Shown piece after piece: positions 56,408 through 64,000 of a stretch of DNA of 64,000 bases. The notes under the pieces are model-generated. The model made no database searches. It had not been told where the DNA came from and worked only from the letters and a program-made list of their open reading frames with translations. Numbering within the stretch: the first letter of the stretch is position 1; every line of letters starts with the position of its first letter. Both the position numbers and the translations under genes were made by a program. The stretch spans positions 62,001 to 126,000 of the IMG/VR virus record IMGVR_UViG_3300031857_000010. One strand, given 5' to 3'.

Positions 56408-58393
56408 ATGAATAATTATTCTTTTATTGTAGATTTGGGTAAAAATCAAAAATCCGATCGTCTCTATAGTCAAATATTGTTTTGCTCGTGCGGGAATAAA
56501 CAAAAAAGCAAAATAACGGTAAAAAGAACAATCTTAAAAAATACAGAAACCCTTTATGAGGATAAATATAGCATTGAGCAAATAAAATGTTCTAACTGTA
56601 ATTTGGTTTTTGACATAATGAATAATTTGTATGGAATCAAAATAAATCAAAAATTATTAGTGGAAGTTTCTTTTATAAAAGAAGATTTATTAATAAATGA
56701 TAAAACCATCAAAATTCTTAAAAAAAATAAACTTTTTTACTATTATGATCTAAAAAATGATGAGTTAAAGAATTTTGTTTTGACTGATTATATAATTTAT
56801 GACGATAAAACCAAAGAAATAAATTTTTTTCTTGATGAGTCTGTTTTAGATTTCAATTTGTTCGGCAAAATTGATGAAAAAAGTGATATTGATTATTTGA
56901 ATGTAAATTCAAAACAGAACAAAATGAGAACATTTAATCTAGATGAAAGTGATTTTGCAGATTATTTTTTTGATTTCGAGGAAACAATAAACTATAAAAA
57001 TTTAGAAATATGTTTTAATTATTATGATGAAATTCTGAAACAGACCTACGATTATGAGGGTTTGAATAATGAAAAGTTCTTGATAAACTTTAAAGTTTCA
57101 AGTAAAATTTTCGAAATTAAAGAAAAAGGAAAAGTATCATTTTTTGTTAATCAAAGAGATCCTTTTGGTTCAGATAAATTAATAAAAAAGAAATTAAATG
57201 TTGGAGATTATTTGAATAAATTAATAAAATTCTCAAATATCACCTCTATATTTATAACTTTTCCACCTATCTCAACTTTATATAAAACAAAAGGTCTTGA
57301 TTTTATTCTAAATGCTTTTGATAATGATTTTTTCTGTCCACAAATAGTTTTAGAACATAATGGTGCCACTAATACTTCCAAAATACTGGAATTTTGTTCA
57401 AAATATTACTACTGTAAAAATAATTTTAAGCCATACCAAAATAATTTAAAAAATGATGTTGATAGTTTAGAATTCAAATTAAGTCCAATAATAATTAAAA
57501 GTATAACAGATTCTGATGATGTTTTAGTTATATATCAATTTTTTAGCAAACAGAATTTATCAAAATCAGAAGTTGAACTTTTATTCTCTAAATTTTCAAG
57601 TGAAGATGTAATAAAAGTCATGTCCAAAATTGTATCTGGAGCCAATATAAGGAATGTTAAATTAGATCTTAAACACCTCCAACACATTCTTAAAAATAAA
57701 TTGTTTGAAGGTAGTGATGAGTGGTTAACAATGTATTATGACACAATTAACACCTTAAATTTGATTGTAGAAATACTTGAAAACAAAAAAAATAGAAATC
57801 TAACTAACAATAAATATAATAATCTGACAAGAATTTCTGAGGCTAAATTATTCGAATCAAAAAATTATGACAAATTAAAGGAACTTCATGATGAAATGTT
57901 TGCCATATATAGGGCGATGGAAGATGAAAATAAGGATTTAATTTTTAGAGATATAGTTAAAAAATATAGAAATTTAAACAACTCAATGAATTTATTTGAG
58001 TTCAAAGTAATACCAAATCTAAAAGAATTGAGTCAAGAAGGCCTTATAATGAAACACTGCATTTATACATATCTTAATGATATAATTAAGGGTTCATATT
58101 TGGCTATCAGGATTAAGGACACAATTTCAAAAGAAAAAGCTACTATGGGTTTAAAAATTGAGGATGGTAAATTGTTTCTACAACAATTGAAAGGATATGA
58201 AAACAGTCGCCCTACTGCTTTGTTGATTGGAACAGTCCTTGGATTTTGTAAAGAAAATGAGATATCCACCGATAGTAATCATTTACATAAGATTGATATT
58301 CAATCAAATGAATCACTTGAAAAAAGAATGAAAAATTATGTTCCTAAATTAAAAGCCCATGAAATAAGAAAAAAAATATTGAGTGAAAAATAA
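56408..58393 (+). CDS. PcfJ-like domain protein
   Basis: C-terminal LKELSQEGLIMKHCIYTY...QQLKGYEN. Confidence 0.7.
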   Translation: MNNYSFIVDLGKNQKSDRLYSQILFCSCGNKQKSKITVKRTILKNTETLYEDKYSIEQIKCSNCNLVFDIMNNLYGIKINQKLLVEVSFIKEDLLINDKTIKILKKNKLFYYYDLKNDELKNFVLTDYIIYDDKTKEINFFLDESVLDFNLFGKIDEKSDIDYLNVNSKQNKMRTFNLDESDFADYFFDFEETINYKNLEICFNYYDEILKQTYDYEGLNNEKFLINFKVSSKIFEIKEKGKVSFFVNQRDPFGSDKLIKKKLNVGDYLNKLIKFSNITSIFITFPPISTLYKTKGLDFILNAFDNDFFCPQIVLEHNGATNTSKILEFCSKYYYCKNNFKPYQNNLKNDVDSLEFKLSPIIIKSITDSDDVLVIYQFFSKQNLSKSEVELLFSKFSSEDVIKVMSKIVSGANIRNVKLDLKHLQHILKNKLFEGSDEWLTMYYDTINTLNLIVEILENKKNRNLTNNKYNNLTRISEAKLFESKNYDKLKELHDEMFAIYRAMEDENKDLIFRDIVKKYRNLNNSMNLFEFKVIPNLKELSQEGLIMKHCIYTYLNDIIKGSYLAIRIKDTISKEKATMGLKIEDGKLFLQQLKGYENSRPTALLIGTVLGFCKENEISTDSNHLHKIDIQSNESLEKRMKNYVPKLKAHEIRKKILSEK

Positions 58394-58424
58394 TTTGTTT
58401 TTCATAAAATAATTAGTATATTTG
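58394..58424 (+). promoter_or_regulatory. Bacteroidota-type promoter TTTG-N19-TATATTTG upstream of ssb
   Basis: Exact match to the -33/-7 consensus with a 19-nt spacer. Confidence 0.65.
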
Positions 58425-58458
58425 AATAAATTAATTAAACAATTAAAATTATAAAATC

Positions 58459-58929
58459 ATGTCGTTAAACAAAGTTATGCTCATAGGAAATGTGGGCAAG
58501 GATCCGGAAGTAACCACACTTGATAAGGGTGGTAAAGTAGCAAAGTTCACTTTAGCAACAAGTGAAAAATACACTGATAAGTCAGGTAACAAGACAGAAA
58601 GAACTGATTGGCACAATATTGTGGCTTGGGGTCCTCTTGCTGATCTGGTTGAAAAATATGTAACAAAAGGAAAACAATTATATCTTGAAGGTCAAATCAG
58701 AAATCGTTCTTGGGAGCAAGACGGTGTCAAGAAGTTTGCAACCGACATAAATATTACTCAACTTGTATTCTTGTCTAACGGTGGAAATGGCGGTAACAAG
58801 GAACAATCTTCTTCTGCTTCTTCTGAAGCACCAAAATCATCAACTGCAAAAAAATCTACTAGTTCAAAATCTCCAGAACCAGTAGTAGCACCAGCAATGG
58901 ATGATACTGATGAAGATCTTCCTTTCTAA
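58459..58929 (+). CDS. ssb: Single-stranded DNA-binding protein
   Basis: MSLNKVMLIGNVGKDPEV, TDWHNIVAW, acidic tail DEDLPF. Confidence 0.97.
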   Translation: MSLNKVMLIGNVGKDPEVTTLDKGGKVAKFTLATSEKYTDKSGNKTERTDWHNIVAWGPLADLVEKYVTKGKQLYLEGQIRNRSWEQDGVKKFATDINITQLVFLSNGGNGGNKEQSSSASSEAPKSSTAKKSTSSKSPEPVVAPAMDDTDEDLPF

Positions 58930-58947
58930 TATAAATTAAATTGAAAG

Positions 58948-58983
58948 AAACACCTTAAAGTTCACTTTAGGGTGTTTTTTTTT
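58948..58983 (+). terminator. Intrinsic terminator after ssb
   Basis: AAACACCTTAAAG-TTCA-CTTTAGGGTGTTT plus T tract. Confidence 0.85.
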
Positions 58984-58995
58984 ATATTTAATAGT

Positions 58996-59724
58996 ATGAC
59001 TAGAGATTCCTTTGAAATATTATTAAATGATTTATATGATATTTATAATTCATCAAAAAAATCAGATATACCAAGCATATTAGATAAATATAATGGACAA
59101 GAATATGATGCCATTTATCAGCTTCTTTTTAAATATAATTATCCTAGAAATCCGATTTATAACCCTGATGTAACTTCTCCAAAATTCATAAAACTACTAA
59201 TAGATACATATTCTGGTGGTAGAAGAATTCTGAAAGATGAAGATTTTTTAATTAAGAATTATAATCAGAATTTAAAATTCGAAGGTCTAGTTGAGGCAAA
59301 AGTTAGTGATGTAAAAGATCAAATAACCAAGGATTTCGATGTTAAATTAGATGATAAATTAAATGCTACTATTGAGAAGTATAATTTCAAGATCAATGAA
59401 ATACAAAATGAATTTGACAAAAAAATAGAACAAATTGGAAAATTTTTAGAGGACTATAAAAATAAAATTCCAGAGCTTTTAAAAAGCTCATCTAAAGATG
59501 ATAACGATAATATTGAAATTAAATTGAACATTCTTTGGACTGAGCACGAAATAAACATTCCATCCAATCTGAAATACTGTACTGCTGGAGACAGAATTAT
59601 TACTACTGATAACAATGGAAATGTTATCGGATTAGAGATAAAAGATATCTATTGGGATTGTGTTTCAATTCCAAATAAAATAATTAAAGAAATTACAATA
59701 GATAAATTAACAAGTAATTTTTAA
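58996..59724 (+). CDS. Hypothetical protein (ATG at 58996 preferred over GTG at 58972, which lies in the terminator)
   Basis: 242-aa ORF with a central coiled coil. Confidence 0.65.
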   Translation: MTRDSFEILLNDLYDIYNSSKKSDIPSILDKYNGQEYDAIYQLLFKYNYPRNPIYNPDVTSPKFIKLLIDTYSGGRRILKDEDFLIKNYNQNLKFEGLVEAKVSDVKDQITKDFDVKLDDKLNATIEKYNFKINEIQNEFDKKIEQIGKFLEDYKNKIPELLKSSSKDDNDNIEIKLNILWTEHEINIPSNLKYCTAGDRIITTDNNGNVIGLEIKDIYWDCVSIPNKIIKEITIDKLTSNF

Positions 59725-59963
59725 ATTTCATCATCTTTAATATTCTTATTCAATCTCAAGATTGAATTATAGAAATCTAGATCTATTAAATTAATTATTA
59801 TTATTTTTCCATTGTGATTTTCATCAACATGTTCAACTTCAAATTTTGAAGCTGGATAAATCAATCTGATATCATCCCAGATTTTATCAAACCCTAATCT
59901 TCCAATTTCTTCAGAAGTTAGTTCTATGATAACTTTATCCATTTTTTTCTCTAGCACTTTCAT
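59721..59963 (-). CDS. Hypothetical protein
   Basis: 80-aa ORF directly downstream of prsW. Confidence 0.55.
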   Translation of the reverse strand: MKVLEKKMDKVIIELTSEEIGRLGFDKIWDDIRLIYPASKFEVEHVDENHNGKIIIINLIDLDFYNSILRLNKNIKDDEI

Positions 59964-59964
59964 T

Positions 59965-60777
59965 TTAATTCATTTTACAGAATCTTTTTACTCTACTTTC
60001 CTTTATTAGGTTGTTGATCATAAAGTGTCCTATGATCAAGCCAAATGATATAATGAAAACTGTAAAAAGAGTCTTGTAGTTATTGTCTGGTAACATTAAA
60101 TTTAAATCATATACTCCATGATATATGGAAGCGAACATTATTCCAATAAAAATGTATATTTTATTAGAAAAATTAAAATCATGTTCGAATAGTTTTGTTG
60201 ATGTTTTAACCTTGTTGCTCATTTCTATTGATTTAGAAATGAAATAACCAATAATCACACCACATATCATATGCATTATCACTGCAGTCAATGATCTACT
60301 TAAAGATAATTTTAGCATAGATAAATTTAATTGCGTGTTTGATATAAAAGGATCAAACGAATTATTTTGATATAAAGCAATTAAATAACTTATATTCTCC
60401 GTCAAAGCAAATCCCAGTGAAGTCATAAGACTATAATAAAGCGTTGCAATTGGTAAATCATGTTTCCTACTAATCCTTTCACTTGAAACCCATTGAAATA
60501 TTGAATACTTACTGAATTCTTCCAATAATCCTATTTGTATGACCGTAAAAAATACGTAATCAAAAAGGAAGTTTACATTTAATTGTTTCCCCCAATTTGG
60601 AAAAATGAAATAAACCAAAAAAATCAAAAAAGGGGACATTAGTCCAGAAATCAAGTATCTTCTGCCCCTGTCCAAACTTACGAAGGACTTTGGTATCATA
60701 TAATATACGAGGAAAACGTATAAAATAATAGGGATTAAGGCAAAAATTACAATAAAAAAGTTATTTGTAATATTCAT
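59965..60777 (-). CDS. prsW: PrsW-family intramembrane metalloprotease
   Basis: GLLEEFSKY, GFALTENISY, HMICG and IYHGVYD motifs; multiple transmembrane helices. Confidence 0.85.
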   Translation of the reverse strand: MNITNNFFIVIFALIPIILYVFLVYYMIPKSFVSLDRGRRYLISGLMSPFLIFLVYFIFPNWGKQLNVNFLFDYVFFTVIQIGLLEEFSKYSIFQWVSSERISRKHDLPIATLYYSLMTSLGFALTENISYLIALYQNNSFDPFISNTQLNLSMLKLSLSRSLTAVIMHMICGVIIGYFISKSIEMSNKVKTSTKLFEHDFNFSNKIYIFIGIMFASIYHGVYDLNLMLPDNNYKTLFTVFIISFGLIIGHFMINNLIKESRVKRFCKMN

Positions 60778-60865
60778 AGTGTTCTTTTACTATAAATATT
60801 AAGAAATAAGGTTAAAATATGTAACTTTTTTGCCCTTTTTTCGTTTAAATTAGAAAATTAGAGCT

Positions 60866-61777
60866 ATGAAAAGCAAGTTATTCGGTGATATCAAGGTTGT
60901 AAATGAAAAAACAATTATGACCGGCAATCAAATGTTCGATAAGTGGTTTTCAAAAGACGGAGGTATTGTTCCCGGTTCTATCATTTTTGTTACTGGTACT
61001 TCTGGTGCTGGCAAGACCACCCTTATGATCAATTTGATGAATTGGCTTAAGAATAATAAGAGTTCATTCTATTCAAGGGAAATGAGCATAAGCTCTTTGA
61101 AGCAACAAGTAAAGGATTATAATTTTAAAAATAATAATGCTTATTTTGTTGATGATGAAGATTGCCCCCACATAAACGATTATTTCAAAGAACTTGACGT
61201 TATTAAGCCAGAAGTTGTCATCGTGGATTCTCTACAAGCTATAGCAAGTGCTGATTTTCCTGAAATGAGCGAAGAAAAAGCCTCGGTTATAGTTCGTCAA
61301 AAACTTGAGCAATGGTGTAAAGCAAATGGATCGACCTTATTTTTGATTGGACATAATACAAAGGATAATGAGTTTGCTGGGAAAAACACTAACATGCAAA
61401 TGGTCGATGCTCATATGGTTTTAGAGTATGATAAAAAAACAGAAACTCGTAGAATTTTTTGGGGTAAGAAAAATAGAAAAGGTCCTATGGGAGAACTTTT
61501 CTATAAAATTGTAAATGGATCTATAGAATTCATGGAAAATAAAGAAGACACATCAAATTCAAAAAAAGAAGTCAAATTTACTGAAGAATTTTTTCAGTTC
61601 ATATTAGGTTATCTTGATAAAGTAAAAACATCTGATAAAAATGATGAAATAATCAAGGATGAAATTAATTCTATTTCAGATAAATTATATGATAGGTTTA
61701 ACAGTGATGGATATACCTATATGGTCAATCTTTTGCCAGCCATCTACCATATATTAAATAAATATAAAAAGCTTTAA
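60866..61777 (+). CDS. RadA/Sms-like RecA-family ATPase (core only)
   Basis: DGGIVPGS, GTSGAGKTT, VIVDSLQ, LIGHNTKD..FAG...MVDA. Confidence 0.75.
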   Translation: MKSKLFGDIKVVNEKTIMTGNQMFDKWFSKDGGIVPGSIIFVTGTSGAGKTTLMINLMNWLKNNKSSFYSREMSISSLKQQVKDYNFKNNNAYFVDDEDCPHINDYFKELDVIKPEVVIVDSLQAIASADFPEMSEEKASVIVRQKLEQWCKANGSTLFLIGHNTKDNEFAGKNTNMQMVDAHMVLEYDKKTETRRIFWGKKNRKGPMGELFYKIVNGSIEFMENKEDTSNSKKEVKFTEEFFQFILGYLDKVKTSDKNDEIIKDEINSISDKLYDRFNSDGYTYMVNLLPAIYHILNKYKKL

Positions 61778-62481
61778 ATAAAATCTAATCCTGAATTTTC
61801 GTTATCTAGGTCTTTGAAAGCATTTAAGAGGTTTCTCTTATGTTTTCTCACTAATGATAAAAGTTCCTTATATTCTTTGTCTGATATATATTTTTTCTGC
61901 TCTTTAATATCGTTTTCAAATAGTCCACAAATGAAATATCCTATAGAAGATAATATTTTTTTATGATAAATAAAGAAACTTACTAAATTTAAATTAGAGT
62001 AAGCACACAATGGATGTAATTGAATATAATCGTCTAAATCAAAATTCCCTACTCCAATGAATGGGTAGTTGAATTCCGGACGCACAAAATTTCCAGAATA
62101 AGATTGAGCAAGCATTACATTGGAACAAAATTGTTCAAAATTTAATAGCTCAGTGTTTACAAATAAAAGTTCAACAGTCTTAGTTATTTCGATTTTATTA
62201 TTTTGTTTATCATCCTCATAAATAAAATATGAATCATAAACATAGCAATTCAATGTATCACTTAATTTATGATTTATTTTAAGATCGTTGTAGCAAACAA
62301 ATTGATCATTGTCTAATAGTGCTGTAATTTCTTTGAGAAGCTTTTTGTCTTTTCTGTCTTTTGAATTATAAAATTGTTTAGCAAGTATGTTTCCATCTGG
62401 TGCTACATTAACATTAAATATGTCAGCAACCGGAACCTCCAATTCAAGACCACTTCTTATATTAATACCTGTTAATATCAT
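61774..62481 (-). CDS. Hypothetical protein
   Basis: 235-aa ORF. Confidence 0.65.
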   Translation of the reverse strand: MILTGINIRSGLELEVPVADIFNVNVAPDGNILAKQFYNSKDRKDKKLLKEITALLDNDQFVCYNDLKINHKLSDTLNCYVYDSYFIYEDDKQNNKIEITKTVELLFVNTELLNFEQFCSNVMLAQSYSGNFVRPEFNYPFIGVGNFDLDDYIQLHPLCAYSNLNLVSFFIYHKKILSSIGYFICGLFENDIKEQKKYISDKEYKELLSLVRKHKRNLLNAFKDLDNENSGLDFI

Positions 62482-62809
62482 TTTTATTTAAGTTATTATA
62501 AAGTTCTTTTTTGAAATTCTTAATTAAGAATTTCTTTTTCCCACCTTCAAATCTCAGGCAATTATCAGAATTGTCAGGATGAAAAACTATTTTGTATTTG
62601 GTTCCAATCATTCCAGTGTTCTTATCAAAATAAACTATACTGTTGAAAATATCAAAATATTTTTTTGGAGACTCAATCAGTATTGGACTTTCTTTGATAT
62701 TAAACCTTTCTACGAACTCATTTAATTTATAGATTAATGTTTTGTTCCAATCTGTCTGAGTGCTATACAAACAGTTTTCTTTTTTAAAACTAAAATCCCA
62801 GTTATACAT
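62462..62809 (-). CDS. Hypothetical protein
   Basis: 115-aa ORF. Confidence 0.6.
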   Translation of the reverse strand: MYNWDFSFKKENCLYSTQTDWNKTLIYKLNEFVERFNIKESPILIESPKKYFDIFNSIVYFDKNTGMIGTKYKIVFHPDNSDNCLRFEGGKKKFLIKNFKKELYNNLNKNDINRY

Positions 62810-62814
62810 GTGTC

Positions 62815-63096
62815 TTAGAAAATATCGTCGACAAATATAGGAGTTTTTTCTCCCATATAAGCACCTTTTATATTATAGTAAAAATGTTCCAAAGCATCTT
62901 CATATTCCATTTCATCATCTTCCATTAAAATGGATAAAACCTTTTTTGTAGAATATATTATAATCATTTTATCATCATCAACACCTAGTATCGCTCTCTC
63001 AAAACCATCTGCAGAAAGAAATTCTTCGTCTGGATATTTATCATAAATAGCTTGTAAATTGATGCTATCGGATAAAAGTTCATTTAAAAATGGCAT
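62815..63096 (-). CDS. Conserved-looking phage hypothetical protein
   Basis: ADGFERAILGV...EDALEHFYYNI.GAYMGEKTPIFV pattern recalled from phage small proteins. Confidence 0.65.
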   Translation of the reverse strand: MPFLNELLSDSINLQAIYDKYPDEEFLSADGFERAILGVDDDKMIIIYSTKKVLSILMEDDEMEYEDALEHFYYNIKGAYMGEKTPIFVDDIF

Positions 63097-63143
63097 AAAT
63101 AAATTTTTGAAAAATAAAGATAAGTAAAAATGTTTTGAAAAAC

Positions 63144-63167
63144 AAAACCCCCAATTATTTGGGGGTT
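63144..63167 (-). terminator. Intrinsic terminator overlapping the infC stop codon
   Basis: AACCCCCAA-N4-TTGGGGGTT with the TAA stop in the loop and a T-rich tract downstream on the minus strand. Confidence 0.7.
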
Positions 63168-63694
63168 ATAATTACAAACATATTTTTACCTTCTAATTTA
63201 GGTAAGCTTTCTGGTTTACCTATATCGCTTAACGATTCTATGAATTTAAGTAGAATAAGTTCTCCTTGTTCTTTATAAACTATTTCCCTTCCTTTAAATT
63301 GTATATAAGCTTTAACTTTATCACCGTGTTCTAGAAATTTTCTTGTATTTTTTAATTTAAAATCAACATCATGTTGTTGAATGTGGGCACCAAGCTTTAC
63401 TTCTTTTAAAGTATGTTTGTTAGAGTTTTTCTTTTCTTTATCTTTTTTCTTTTTTTCATAAAGAAATTTAGAATAGTCACATACTTTACAAATTACTGGA
63501 TTAGAAGTGCTGTTGATTTCAACTAGATCAAGACCAAGTTGTTCTGATATGTTTAAAGCTTCTTGTAATGACACTATTTTACTTTCAATGTCATCACCTA
63601 TTATTCTTACTGTTTGTGAGGTAATAGCCCGGTTTATTTTAAAAAGAGGCTCTTTTGTAAATCTTTTTCTTTGAAAATTGGGATTTTGACTCAT
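63155..63694 (-). CDS. infC: Translation initiation factor IF-3
   Basis: INRAI...VRIIG, LGLDLVEI, PVICKVCDYSKFLYE, HDVDFK, GDKVK...FKGRE, KLEGKNM. Confidence 0.95.
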   Translation of the reverse strand: MSQNPNFQRKRFTKEPLFKINRAITSQTVRIIGDDIESKIVSLQEALNISEQLGLDLVEINSTSNPVICKVCDYSKFLYEKKKKDKEKKNSNKHTLKEVKLGAHIQQHDVDFKLKNTRKFLEHGDKVKAYIQFKGREIVYKEQGELILLKFIESLSDIGKPESLPKLEGKNMFVIITPK

Positions 63695-63999
63695 CGATTA
63701 TATTTATTTTCTTTCAATATTTCTTCATGCATAATTTCTGCAACCTCTTCGTTTATCTGCCCAATCAATGATTCAATATTAGTAGAAAATTTGTAAAATA
63801 AAAAAAGATCATCATAATCGGTTTTATAGTCATAATCGATTTCATTGTGATTAAAATCATGAAACCTTGCTTTATAAACCTTACAGATAAATACGTTTGG
63901 ATAGTTTTTGATAAAATATTCAACCTGAGTACCATTTTGGTACTGTTCCAGAACATCTTGGAGAATATTTTCATCATTGTCTTCAAAAAGACATTCCCA
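63691..63999 (-). CDS. Hypothetical protein, 5'-truncated by the window edge (not in the ORF track)
   Basis: Open frame WECLFEDNDENILQDVLEQY...EEILKENKYNR-stop; its TGA overlaps the infC ATG (ATGA). Confidence 0.6.
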   Translation of the reverse strand, partial: WECLFEDNDENILQDVLEQYQNGTQVEYFIKNYPNVFICKVYKARFHDFNHNEIDYDYKTDYDDLFLFYKFSTNIESLIGQINEEVAEIMHEEILKENKYNR

Positions 64000-64000
64000 G

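Noticed and set aside
15948-62809. Other short overlapping ORFs (e.g. 16214, 19412, 28220, 38720, 42781, 51489, 58063)
   Set aside because: They lie inside longer, motif-supported genes on the other strand or frame and show no motifs.
63765-63986. 73-aa ORF in the provided track
   Set aside because: It is an off-frame shadow of a better ORF (63691 to beyond 63999) that couples to infC via ATGA.
1-64000. CRISPR array, tRNA or rRNA genes
   Set aside because: Intergenic gaps are short, and I saw no repeat-spacer pattern or cloverleaf. A tRNA scan was not run.
1-64000. Alternative genetic code (stop-codon recoding)
   Set aside because: Known proteins are full length and coding density is high under code 11.
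1-64000. Cellular (bacterial) origin because of topA, dnaJ, infC, ssb and sigma genes
   Set aside because: These genes are interspersed with a T4-like portal, terminase, fibres and many small unknown ORFs, outside their usual bacterial operon contexts (e.g. infC without rpmI-rplT).

Overview
This is an AT-rich, densely coded segment of a large (probably jumbo/huge) tailed phage, read in the standard genetic code. The host is most likely a Bacteroidota member: it carries Bacteroidota-type short sigma70s, TopA, DnaQ, SSB and an Hc1-like protein, and has TAnnTTTG promoter elements. The window holds a T4-like portal and a large terminase, each with an intein, plus a tail-fibre/baseplate block and a replication/recombination block (RuvC-like, primase, Mre11-Rad50 fusion, UvrD, RadA-like, SSB, TopA). 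Host-takeover genes include two tandem sigma70s, two large proteins with sigma-like segments, IF3, DnaJ, PrsW and ClpC. The most striking locus is the ClpC-type AAA+ unfoldase, encoded as two separate ORFs. They carry an atypically split intein (28-aa N-part, 139-aa C-part) at the NBD2 Walker A motif, with a free-standing Vsr-like endonuclease between them, so the full chaperone is predicted to form only by protein trans-splicing. All calls come from reading motifs by eye; no database searches were run.
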